A program made the position numbers and the translations under genes. A DNA stretch of 64,000 nt from an uncultured delta proteobacterium (lineage in GTDB: Bacteria > Desulfobacterota > Binatia > DP-6). Below, piece after piece: positions 50,763-59,910 of the stretch (its first letter is position 1; every line of letters begins with the position of its first letter). The notes under the pieces were generated by a model. The model was given only the letters and a program-made list of their open reading frames with translations, did no database searches and was not told where the DNA came from. The stretch is taken from the NCBI GenBank assembly GCA_963746505.1, contig CAVVBN010000014.1, positions 72,823 through 136,822 on the forward strand. The letters are read 5' to 3'.

Positions 50763-51449
50763 ATGAGCCCACGACACATGGCAGCCTCGACGACGCGGCG
50801 CGGATTGCTCATCGGGATGACCCTCCTGCAGGTGGTCGTCACGCTCGCGCTGACCGCGCTCGGCTGGGGCGGTTGGACCGCACTCGTCGCGAACCCAGCG
50901 CGCGCCGCCTTCGTCATCGTCGTCGTCGTGATGACGCTGGTCGCGCTCGCCTCGCCCGTGAACATGAGCAGCGGCGAGCGCGAGGACGTCGGCAACCGGC
51001 GCATCTTCGCACCCACGGTCGCGGGCGTGCTGCTCCTCACCTGGCTCATGCCGTTCATGGACCGGCGCGACCTCTGGACTTTCGACGGCGACGCGGTCCG
51101 GTGGGCCGGCGTCGTCCTCCTCGTCGGCGGCGGCGTGCTCCGCATCTGGCCGATGTTCGTGCTCGGGCGGCGCTTCAGCGGGCTCGTGGCCATCCAGCCG
51201 GGGCACGAGCTCGAGACCGGCGGGCCCTACCGCTACATCCGGCACCCGAGCTACCTCGGCATGATGCTCGGGTTCGTCGGCTGGATCCTCGTGTTCCGCA
51301 GCAGCGTCGGTCTGGTCGCGATCGCGCTCGGGCTCCCGCTGCTCCTCGACCGGATCGAATCGGAGGAGGCGCTCCTCGCCTCGCACTTCGGGACTGCGTA
51401 CGCCGACTACCGCCGGCGGACGTGGCGGCTGCTGCCTGGCCTCTACTGA
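50763..51449 (+). CDS. Isoprenylcysteine carboxyl methyltransferase (ICMT)-family membrane methyltransferase
   Basis: Multi-TM protein with the C-terminal LETGGPYRYIRHPSYLG...RIESEEALLASHFG signature. Confidence 0.8.
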   Translation: MSPRHMAASTTRRGLLIGMTLLQVVVTLALTALGWGGWTALVANPARAAFVIVVVVMTLVALASPVNMSSGEREDVGNRRIFAPTVAGVLLLTWLMPFMDRRDLWTFDGDAVRWAGVVLLVGGGVLRIWPMFVLGRRFSGLVAIQPGHELETGGPYRYIRHPSYLGMMLGFVGWILVFRSSVGLVAIALGLPLLLDRIESEEALLASHFGTAYADYRRRTWRLLPGLY

Positions 51450-51577
51450 GATGTACCGGCGAGGCTCCGTCGGGATTCCCGACGCGCCAAGGACGAACGG
51501 CGACGCCAGCGGCTTTCGATGCCGGCACCCACTGCCTCCAGCGCCTCATCCCTGAGACTCGTCGCCCACTGCGAACG

Positions 51578-52434
51578 TTACCTGGTCGCGTGCGGCCCTC
51601 CCTGAATTGCGGATCGAAGATCGCCGAGCGCGTCCAGACACGCCCGCGTCGCGGTCCGTTTCTCGTGAATCGAGACATCGACCGACTTCACGTTCGTGTT
51701 CAACCGGGAGAGCCGGATCACCTCTGCCGCGACTCGCTGGTATTCGGCCCACGCCTGCGTCCCATCGGCCACAGCGCCCGCAGCCGGGGATGGGACCGAC
51801 GGACCTGCTTCCCGGAGGGCCGCGTCGACCGTCTCGCCGAGGCGGCGAATGCGCGCTTCAAGCGTCGTCATCTCGGCATCCGACGCCTCGGGTATGTGTA
51901 CGAGCAGCAGGGACTGAATCCGCGCAATCGCGGTGGCAGCCGTCGCGAGCGAGCGGACGACCGCGACGTCTGTACACGCCAGCATCATGGCATCGACCGA
52001 CGTGATGAACCGGTCGAATGCGACCGAGCCTTCCTGCACCAAGAGATGTGCGGCCTTCAGATTGGTGTTGGCGACGGCAAGGTCGAGCAACCGCGCATCG
52101 ATCGCCTTGAGTTCATCCCACTTCGCGGCGAACGCGGCCAGCTTCTCGACTTCGTCTCGACGCGCATCCGCATTGATCAGCTCGGCGAGGCGCGTCATCG
52201 AGTGGCCGATCTCCTCTGAAGAACGCTTCGATCGCGCCGCGAACTCGGCCGATTCCTCGTCCGTCATGGCGAGGACGGCGCTCTTCTCGGCCTCCACGGA
52301 CTCGAGGAGGCGGTGCTGGATGTTGTTGACCAACTCCAGCTTCTCCACCTGCCGCAGAAGCGCTGGCCGACCGCACGCACCAATCCATACGACGGCGATC
52401 GAGAGAATTGCGATGCGTCTGGAGATTCGCATGA
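51578..52434 (-). CDS. Lipoprotein with a four-helix-bundle (4HB_MCP-like) coiled-coil domain
   Basis: Signal peptide with lipobox IGAC. Mostly helical heptad-like sequence. Confidence 0.5.
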
Positions 52435-53107
52435 CTCGCTCAGGAGAGGCCGATGGCTCTTTGACACAGCGCGTGTGCGAAACACAACTGAACATCAGCA
52501 GATGCATGCCCGTGCGCCGCGATCGTCGGCTGTCATCTTCGTCACCGCAGCTGACGGCCGTACCATCACGATCCAGAGCGTGCAGTTCATCTTCGACACA
52601 GAACGCTGGCCGCGTCGTCGCTCGAGATCGGCCAATGGACCGCGTACGGCCTCCCGAGGGGTCGGCGACAAACGGAACGCCCGCCCTCGGACCCTGCGCC
52701 CTGCAGTCGGGCGTGGACAGCGCCATCATCCCGGGCGGGAGCATGAGCATCAGCCCGTAGAGGAACCACCCGACCAGCAGACCCGCCGGCCAGACGCCGC
52801 AGGATGAACCCCACGAGCCGACCGGACGCGTAACAGGCCCAGACCTCGCGCACCCAGTTCAGCCGGACCAGGGGGAACTTGGGCGGGATCTCGCCGTGGA
52901 GCAGTCCCGTCAACGTCCAGGCGAGTGGACAAAAGTGGCTGGGACCGGACTACGGATATATCGAGTTGATCCGTCTTGCTCCTCCACGCCAAGTGGATGG
53001 CCCGTTTCCCTGCGTTTTCCGAGGAGAGCCGTATGGCACCGCTCCTGCAACGAGAAAGGTGCAACGGCATGCGGGAAAACGAAACCATGCCGGAGAGGGG
53101 AAACGAT

Positions 53108-53366
53108 CATGGTACCGACGATTCGCGAGGCAGGACCGACGGGTGCAACGAAGCACGCGGCCGCTCGGGTTGGGGAGCGGGTCATCCCGTGCCGTCCGGC
53201 CCCAGCGGACGGGCGCGCCGAGCCGTGGGGTGGCTGGCGCCAAGGATGGGGCATGGTCGCAGCGACGGCGATCCTGGGAGTCATGCTCGTCGTCATCATT
53301 CGCCACGCTTCGTCGGCGCTTCTGGTTGCCACCCCATTGTCGTTCGTCCCACCCTACGCCATGTAG
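53108..53366 (+). CDS. Small protein with a C-terminal TM helix (hypothetical)
   Basis: ATG has a GAGAGGGGAAAC RBS. 86 aa. Confidence 0.3.
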
Positions 53367-53573
53367 GGACGCGGGCATCCGGCCCAACGCACCAGGAAGG
53401 CCATGGTCGGCTCGATGCTCGTATGCCTCGTTCCGCGGCGAGAGGGGGACGACTCAAATTGAGTCCTCATGCAGCGGACATCTCCGGTGTCTACGATACG
53501 GCGAGCATTTTCCGTTGACAGACGGGTAGATTCCGCCATACGGTCTCGCGACACGGTCGATGGGGAGGGCCTC

Positions 53574-54383
53574 GTGAAGACCACGATCGTCGCGGCTGTG
53601 CTCGTAATGCTGTGTCCGGAGGCCCGCGCGCTCGACATCACGTCGTGCGGGCAGGTGGTCCCGGATGGCGAGACCGGGATTCTTCAGGCCGACCTCGTCT
53701 GCCCACCCGCACCTCCGGGCCCGCCGTACTTCGCGGTGCAGCTGAATCGCGGGGCGACGCTGGAGATGAACGGCCACTCGATCACCGGTCAGCAACTGGG
53801 CGTCTTCTGCTTCGGCGACTGCACGGTGCGCGGCCCGGGCGAGATCACCGGTGCGAGCTCGAACGCGATCGGTGCGCCGATCGGCATACGCGTCGACGTG
53901 TCAGACCTCGACATCCACGACAACCACGGCATCATGGACGTCGCTGGCTCGAAGCTGACCCTCGCCAACATCACCGCGTCGCACAATGCCTACGGGATCC
54001 GCGCCGCCAGCCTGAAGGCGACCAACGTCACGATCAACGACAACGCCGGCGATGCGTTGCTCGTCCAGAAGCGACTCATCGCCACGGACGTCACCGTCAC
54101 GAATACCGGAGAAGGCGGCATCTCGACGTTGGGATCGATCCGCGCCACCCGCCTCGTCGTGTCCGGGGCCGCGGGCGTGGGACTGTTCTCGCGCGGTCGC
54201 GCCAAGCTCATGGATTCGAGCGTGACCGGCAGCGGGTTCCTGGCGCTCGACCTGGTCACGGGTCGTAAGCCTCGGCTGCTCGGCACATCGACATGCGGTC
54301 ACAGCGCGGGGCTGGTGAAGGATCCGGCGAACCCGGGGATGCTCCTCATCGGACCGACCTGGGGTGTGTGCGCGAGCGACTGA
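53574..54383 (+). CDS. Secreted beta-helix-like protein, paralog B (of 40843-41655)
   Basis: GTG at 53574 has a GGGGAGGG RBS. Signal peptide and the shared motifs DITSCG...ADLVC and STCGHS...VCASD. Confidence 0.6.
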   Translation: MKTTIVAAVLVMLCPEARALDITSCGQVVPDGETGILQADLVCPPAPPGPPYFAVQLNRGATLEMNGHSITGQQLGVFCFGDCTVRGPGEITGASSNAIGAPIGIRVDVSDLDIHDNHGIMDVAGSKLTLANITASHNAYGIRAASLKATNVTINDNAGDALLVQKRLIATDVTVTNTGEGGISTLGSIRATRLVVSGAAGVGLFSRGRAKLMDSSVTGSGFLALDLVTGRKPRLLGTSTCGHSAGLVKDPANPGMLLIGPTWGVCASD

Positions 54384-54573
54384 CGCGCCCGGCCTGCGTT
54401 CACCCGCGGGATCGTCTCTCGCGCCCCCCAGCGAACCCGGGAATCGCCCGGTGAGGCTCTCGGTTCCCGACGGGCACAGTCGGCGCACAGGAGAGCATGA
54501 TTTCGATCGTCGCGATGTGACGGCCTGAAACTGCTTGACAGCGGCGCGCCCCGACGCGCATGCGTCGGGGTGA

Positions 54574-56164
54574 GGGGGGATCCATGAGAATCGCAGGTCG
54601 CACGGACCAGCGGCGTGGTCACACCGCGCTCGTCGCGGCCATCGTGCTGGCACTCGAGTCTCACCCGGCTGGCGCACTGGACGTCACCGGCAGGTGGAGG
54701 CTGAGCGCCGGCGGGAGCGAGCAGATCGCGGACTTCGTCCAGTCCGGAACGAGCCTCCAGATCACTGCTTTCGAGGGCACTACGTTGACCGGCACCATCG
54801 GCCCCGACGGCGCCTTCACGGTGAATGTGTTTCTTCCCGGGTGCGAGGGCGGCCTCGGGGGGCGGGTCGTCGGCGAGACGCGGCTCGCGGGGACGTCGGC
54901 CGCCCTCTGCCCGACCCTCTCGGAGGCGCTCATCAGCGGCATCCGCTGTGAGTGCTTCGACGACAACGCGACGAACGGCGACGGCTGCGACTCGCGCTGT
55001 CAGATCGAGCCGTGCTTCACGTGCGCGGGATCGCCATCGCTCTGCGTGCCGTCCGGCGACGGTGCGACGTGCGATGACCGGAGCGCCTGCACCAGCGGCG
55101 AGACGTGCTCCGCGGGCGTGTGCGGCGGTGGAAGCCCGGTCAGCCCGTGCATCAACCTCGGCGGGCAGTGGCTCGAGCATGTGTCGGTCCCGACACTCGG
55201 CGTCGAGGAGGACGCCATCGTCGACGTCGCGCAGGTCGGGAGCATCCTCGAGTTCGGTGGATCGCCGGCGAGCCTGCCGCTCACCTTCGGGACGATCGAC
55301 CCGGCCACGGGTGCCATGACGCAGGCCACCGGCGTCGGGGTGTTCCTCTGCCCGGGAGCGACCGTCTTGGGGGGGACGACAGCCCCGGATGGCAACACGT
55401 ATACGCTGTCAGGTCTCCGCTACGCACTCGACCTCGACGAATGCGAGAGCTACCCGGCGACCGTCACCGGTACCCGATGCGTGGGCCCGTGTGTGCTCCC
55501 GACGTCCACGACCAGCACCACCACGAGCACCAGCACGACGACGACCACCGCCCCGCAGCTCCTGTCGGGAAAGCGGCTCGTCCTGAAGAATCACGCCGAT
55601 CCGACCCGTCGGAGGCTCACGCTCGATTCCAGGGACGCCGGTCTGTCGATCGGTGGCGGCAACGGCTCGCCCGACGATCCGACCGTCGCCGGGGCGACGT
55701 TGCGCCTGCGGACAGCACCCGCCTGCGTTGGCGCGTGCGATGCGATCTACGGCCTGCCGGCCGCAGGCTGGCGGCTCCTCGGCGAGCCCGGTGAGAACAA
55801 GGGATATCGGTATGTCGACCGGCGGCTGGCCGCCGGACCCGTGAAGCGGGTGACGGTGAGGCCCGGGAAGGCGCTGACGGTCGTCGCCACGGGCGCGCAG
55901 CTCGCGCACCCGCTCGCAGAAAACCCCGAGCCGGTCGACGTCGTGCTGGAACTCGGCGATCAGCGGTCATGCCTGAGGTTCGGAGGCACCACGCGATTCA
56001 GGCCGGGGCGGACGTTTCGGGCGAGCAACGCGCAGGCGCCGGGCACGTGTTCAGGGGTCCCGAGAGGGCGGGCACCACAAGTACCCGTCCGTAGAGTGCG
56101 CCCGGAGGGAATCGAACCCCCGACCGCCTCCCGGGCTGGCGCGGCCGCCCCCGTTCAGGCGTAG
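54574..56164 (+). CDS. Secreted protein with a myxococcus cysteine-rich repeat and a Thr-rich linker
   Basis: Signal peptide. CECFDDNATNGDGCDSRCQIE matches the myxococcus Cys-rich repeat pattern. PTSTTSTTTSTSTTTTT linker. The C-terminal domain resembles that of the 34853 protein. The last 25 codons are encoded by the tRNA-like repeat. Confidence 0.6.
56100..56125 (-). repeat. 26-bp tRNA-like (T-arm plus 3' acceptor) element, copy 2
   Basis: Identical to 32977-33002 in the same orientation. It lies inside the 3' end of the 54574 ORF and is flanked by a GCGCAC-GGTTC-GTGCGC hairpin at 56161-56177. Confidence 0.6.
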
Positions 56165-56183
56165 CGCACGAACCGTGCGCGGG

Positions 56184-57473
56184 TCACTTGCACTTGGCCT
56201 TGCGCGCGTTTCCGACGCAGGTCATCTGCCCGACGTACCCGTCGCACTCGTTCGTCGGTCCACCGGGCTTGTAGAGCCCGACCCGCAGCGGCCCGACGAC
56301 GGATGGGACCGTCGCGCCATTCGCCTTGATCTTCACCTTGGCCGTCCCGTTCCATCCGAGCTCGAGCAGCCGCAGGCCGTGGGCCGAGCCAGGGATGCAG
56401 TCCGGGGGAAGCGCGTCGGAGTAGTTCACGTAGCGCCGACGGCCACCACGAGGGACGTATCCGTCGCGAGGGTCGCAAGCCTTTTGGTAGGCGGTCGCGC
56501 CATCCGGGACCGTCACGTCGAACACCGGCGCACCGCCCGCTCCCTCGTCGGTCACGAGCAGGCGGAGCCCGTCGAGCCCATAGACGAGATTCGAGCCGCT
56601 TGCCGCGGTCCCCTTCAGGGTGAACCGCTCGTCGCCCGCCGGCGGCTCGAGCTTGCTGAACACCGCCAGGGTCGGGAAGAACTCGCCCGGGCACGCCCCG
56701 TCACGCGGGTCGGCGCCCAGGTAGAGCCCGGCCGTCCCCTGGGACAGGGAGACGGGGATCGGCGCGAAGGGCGCCGCGAACGTGGCCCCGCCATCCAGGC
56801 TGTAGGTCACCGTGATCTCGCGGCGTGTGTCGTCGTAGCGCAGCTCGAAGACGAGGAGGCCGGTGATCGCCGCGGGATCGATCACCTGGTGGTCCTGGCG
56901 GTCGAGGTGGCCCGTCACGTCCATGTGCGCGTCGTGCGCGGTCATCACGTAGCCGGTGGGCCAGGGCGGATTGTAGAGGTCCCCGAGCGCCTGGTTGTAG
57001 TTCGTGAGCACGAGACCAGCGAAGTGCCACCCGTCGGGGCCGATCCATTCGAGGCTCATGTGGAGGTAGTGGTTGATGCCGAGCGGCTGAGGGCGCCAGT
57101 AGGAGCGCAGGACCAGGTCACCGGCCCCGGCCTGGAGGAAGCCGGCCGGGTCGCCCTTGTGCACCTCGCTCACCTCGAAGGACACGGGGGACAACCCGAG
57201 AACGGTGATGCCGAAGCCCGGATCCTTGAGATGCAGTGCACCGTCGCTCTCGACCGCGGTGCCCGGACCGACGCCCCACTCGGGCAGGCCGAGCACGCCG
57301 TCGTCGAACTCGTCGACGACGTCCGGGATGCCATCCTGCAGGCCGTGCACGTTGCCGTCGGCCTCGAAGCGCTCGACCGCGTAGTCGAACACGTGTCCGC
57401 GCGCGCCCGCCGTGCCCCCGGCACACATCACCGCGGCGGCAGCGATGGCCAACGTCCATGATCGCGCTCGCAT
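56184..57473 (-). CDS. Secreted hypothetical protein, uncharacterised family X, paralog B
   Basis: ATG at 57473 has a GGAGGGG RBS. Signal peptide. HVFDYAVERFEADGN, INHYLHM, CDPRDG. Confidence 0.6.
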   Translation of the reverse strand: MRARSWTLAIAAAAVMCAGGTAGARGHVFDYAVERFEADGNVHGLQDGIPDVVDEFDDGVLGLPEWGVGPGTAVESDGALHLKDPGFGITVLGLSPVSFEVSEVHKGDPAGFLQAGAGDLVLRSYWRPQPLGINHYLHMSLEWIGPDGWHFAGLVLTNYNQALGDLYNPPWPTGYVMTAHDAHMDVTGHLDRQDHQVIDPAAITGLLVFELRYDDTRREITVTYSLDGGATFAAPFAPIPVSLSQGTAGLYLGADPRDGACPGEFFPTLAVFSKLEPPAGDERFTLKGTAASGSNLVYGLDGLRLLVTDEGAGGAPVFDVTVPDGATAYQKACDPRDGYVPRGGRRRYVNYSDALPPDCIPGSAHGLRLLELGWNGTAKVKIKANGATVPSVVGPLRVGLYKPGGPTNECDGYVGQMTCVGNARKAKCK

Positions 57474-57742
57474 GGGCCCCCCTCCGAAGTGAGCATCTAG
57501 GCCGGCAGGGTTGCCAGCGTCAATCTGTCTTTTCGGCGGGCTCCGCCCAGGCGCGATACCGCGGGCGCATCCGTGGGCGCCGCGTCCCCACTCCGGGGGT
57601 CGAGTCATCCGGAGTGACAGGCGAGCGCCCCCTGCACATGGCGAACCCGCCAGACATCCGTTACCAATCGACGGGTGCGAACGTTCCCCCGGGGCGAGGT
57701 GCCTTGTGAACGGTGACACTCCCATAGGATGATCCCGCGTGG

Positions 57743-58753
57743 GTGCCCGCACCGCTCGTCTCCGTCGTGATCCCGGCCTACAACGCCGAGGCCACCATCC
57801 TCGAGACCATCGCCTCGGTGCGTGCGCAGACCCATACGGACCTCGAGATCATCGTCATCGACGATGGCTCGACGGACAGAACGCGGCAGCGCGTCGCGAC
57901 GGTTGCCGACGATCGGCTGACGCTCCAATCGTACCCGAACGCCGGCCTCGCGACCGCGCGGAACCGCGGGGTGCAGCATGCGAGGGGCGCGTTCGTCTCC
58001 TTCATCGACGCCGACGATCTCTGGACGCCCGACAAGCTCGCCAGCCAGCTGGCAGCGCTCGAGCGCCATCCAGAGGCGGGCCTCGCCTACAGCTGGACGG
58101 TGCTCGTCGATCGCGACGGCCGCTTCCTCTTCGCGAAGGAGCCCCTCCATTTCGAAGGCGACGTACGCCTGCCGTTGTTGCGCGAGTGCTTCATCGCAAG
58201 CGGCTCGAACGTGCTGCTCAGGCGGCGCTGCATCGACGCGGTCGGGCTCTTCGACCCTGCGCTGCGCGCGGCCGAGGACTGGGACTACTGGCTGCGGGTG
58301 GCAGTCGACTGGGCGTTCGTCGTCGTCCCTCGCTACCATATCCTCTATCGCGTCTCCGCCGAGTCGATGACTGCGGACGCGGCAGCGGTCGAACACGCGT
58401 GCCTGGTGGTACTGGAGCGTGCGCTGCAGGGGGCGCCCGTCACGATCCGGCAACGGCGCAACGAGTACGTCGCCAGCATCAAGCACTACGTCGCGTTCCT
58501 GCAGTTGACGCGGGCGACCGGACGCGACAACCGGGCGAGCGCAGGGTGGAAGCTCCTCGAGGCGGTCCGCCTCGACCCCACGATCGTCGTTCGCCGCAAG
58601 ACGTTCACGCTGCTCTGCACCTGGTTGCTGCTGCGGGCGCTGCCTCGCCGACTCGCGCCGGCGATGATGACCGCCTTGCTGCGCCTGCACGGCCGCACGA
58701 TGGCGCTGCTCATTCCGGAGCTTCGTCGCTGCGCCGTGGTCCGCCGCCTGTGA
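57743..58753 (+). CDS. Glycosyltransferase family 2
   Basis: VSVVIPAYNAE, IIVIDDGSTD, FIDADD (DXD) motifs. Confidence 0.85.
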   Translation: MPAPLVSVVIPAYNAEATILETIASVRAQTHTDLEIIVIDDGSTDRTRQRVATVADDRLTLQSYPNAGLATARNRGVQHARGAFVSFIDADDLWTPDKLASQLAALERHPEAGLAYSWTVLVDRDGRFLFAKEPLHFEGDVRLPLLRECFIASGSNVLLRRRCIDAVGLFDPALRAAEDWDYWLRVAVDWAFVVVPRYHILYRVSAESMTADAAAVEHACLVVLERALQGAPVTIRQRRNEYVASIKHYVAFLQLTRATGRDNRASAGWKLLEAVRLDPTIVVRRKTFTLLCTWLLLRALPRRLAPAMMTALLRLHGRTMALLIPELRRCAVVRRL

Positions 58754-58755
58754 CG

Positions 58756-59910
58756 ATGCGAATCTGTTTCCTCTGCAACGAGTATCCGCCGGGTCCGCAC
58801 GGCGGCATCGGCAGCTGCACCCAGATACTGGCGCAGGCCCTCGTGCGCGCCGGGCACGCGGTGCGGGTGATCGGCGCATACGCGACCGGCGATCCGGCTC
58901 CGCGCCACGAGGTCGACGCCGGCGTCGAGGTATGGCGGTTGCGAGATGCCGCGTGTCGCCCCGCCAAGACGTTGGTGCGGATGCGGGTGTGGCGCACCGT
59001 CAGCGCGTGGGCGCGTGCGGGCGCCGTCGACCTGGTCGAGGCGCCCGACTGGGAAGGATGGATCGCCGGCTGGCCGCACCTGCCGGTGCCCGTGGTCGTG
59101 CGCGCCAACGGCTCCGCGACGTATTTCGCGGCGGAGCTCGCCGAACGTGCCCCCATCGTCACGGCGCTGCTGGAGCGGGCCGCCATGCGCCGCGCCGACT
59201 TCTGGTGCGCCGTAAGCCAGTACACGGCGACCCGGACCGCCGCCCTCTTCGGGCTCGGCCCGCAACCCGATGCCGTGCTGCACAACCCGGTGGAGCTGCC
59301 GCCGGCGGGCGCGGCGGGGCCGCGATCCGCAGCCAGCGTGGTGTTTTCCGGCACGTTGACCGCGAAGAAGGGGGTCGTGACGCTCCTCACCGCATGGTCA
59401 CAAGTCCTGGCTGCCAGGCCGGATGCCGAGCTACACCTCTACGGGCGGGACGGTCTCACACGCGACGGCGCGTCGATGCGACGTTTCCTCGCATCCCGGC
59501 TGGGCGCCACCGCCGCGCAGCGCGTCCATTTCCACGGCCACGTCCCGCGTGCCGAGGTCGCCCGTGCACTGCAGCGGGCACGCGTCGCCGTGTTTCCGTC
59601 GCAGGCGGAAGCCTTCGCGCTCGCACCGATGGAGGCGATGGCGTGCGGCTGCCCGATGATCTACAGCCGCCGCACGAGCGGTCCCGAGCTCGTCCGGCAC
59701 GACGAGGACGGCCTGCTGATCGACCCCGATGACCCCGACGCGATCGCGGCCGCGATCGTCCGCCTGCTCGATGACCCGGCCTTGGCCGAGCGGCTCGGCG
59801 AAGCGGGGCGACGGCGCGTGGCGCGCGATCTCGCGATCGAGGTGCTGCTGCCGAAGAACGAGGCGTTCTACCACGACTGTCTCGCACGGTTCGCGGGAAG
59901 GCCCACGTGA
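58756..59910 (+). CDS. Glycosyltransferase family 4 (RfaG-like)
   Basis: GT-B fold with the E-x7-E region (FPSQAEAFALAPMEAMACGCP). The start overlaps the upstream stop (TGACGATG). Confidence 0.85.
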   Translation: MRICFLCNEYPPGPHGGIGSCTQILAQALVRAGHAVRVIGAYATGDPAPRHEVDAGVEVWRLRDAACRPAKTLVRMRVWRTVSAWARAGAVDLVEAPDWEGWIAGWPHLPVPVVVRANGSATYFAAELAERAPIVTALLERAAMRRADFWCAVSQYTATRTAALFGLGPQPDAVLHNPVELPPAGAAGPRSAASVVFSGTLTAKKGVVTLLTAWSQVLAARPDAELHLYGRDGLTRDGASMRRFLASRLGATAAQRVHFHGHVPRAEVARALQRARVAVFPSQAEAFALAPMEAMACGCPMIYSRRTSGPELVRHDEDGLLIDPDDPDAIAAAIVRLLDDPALAERLGEAGRRRVARDLAIEVLLPKNEAFYHDCLARFAGRPT

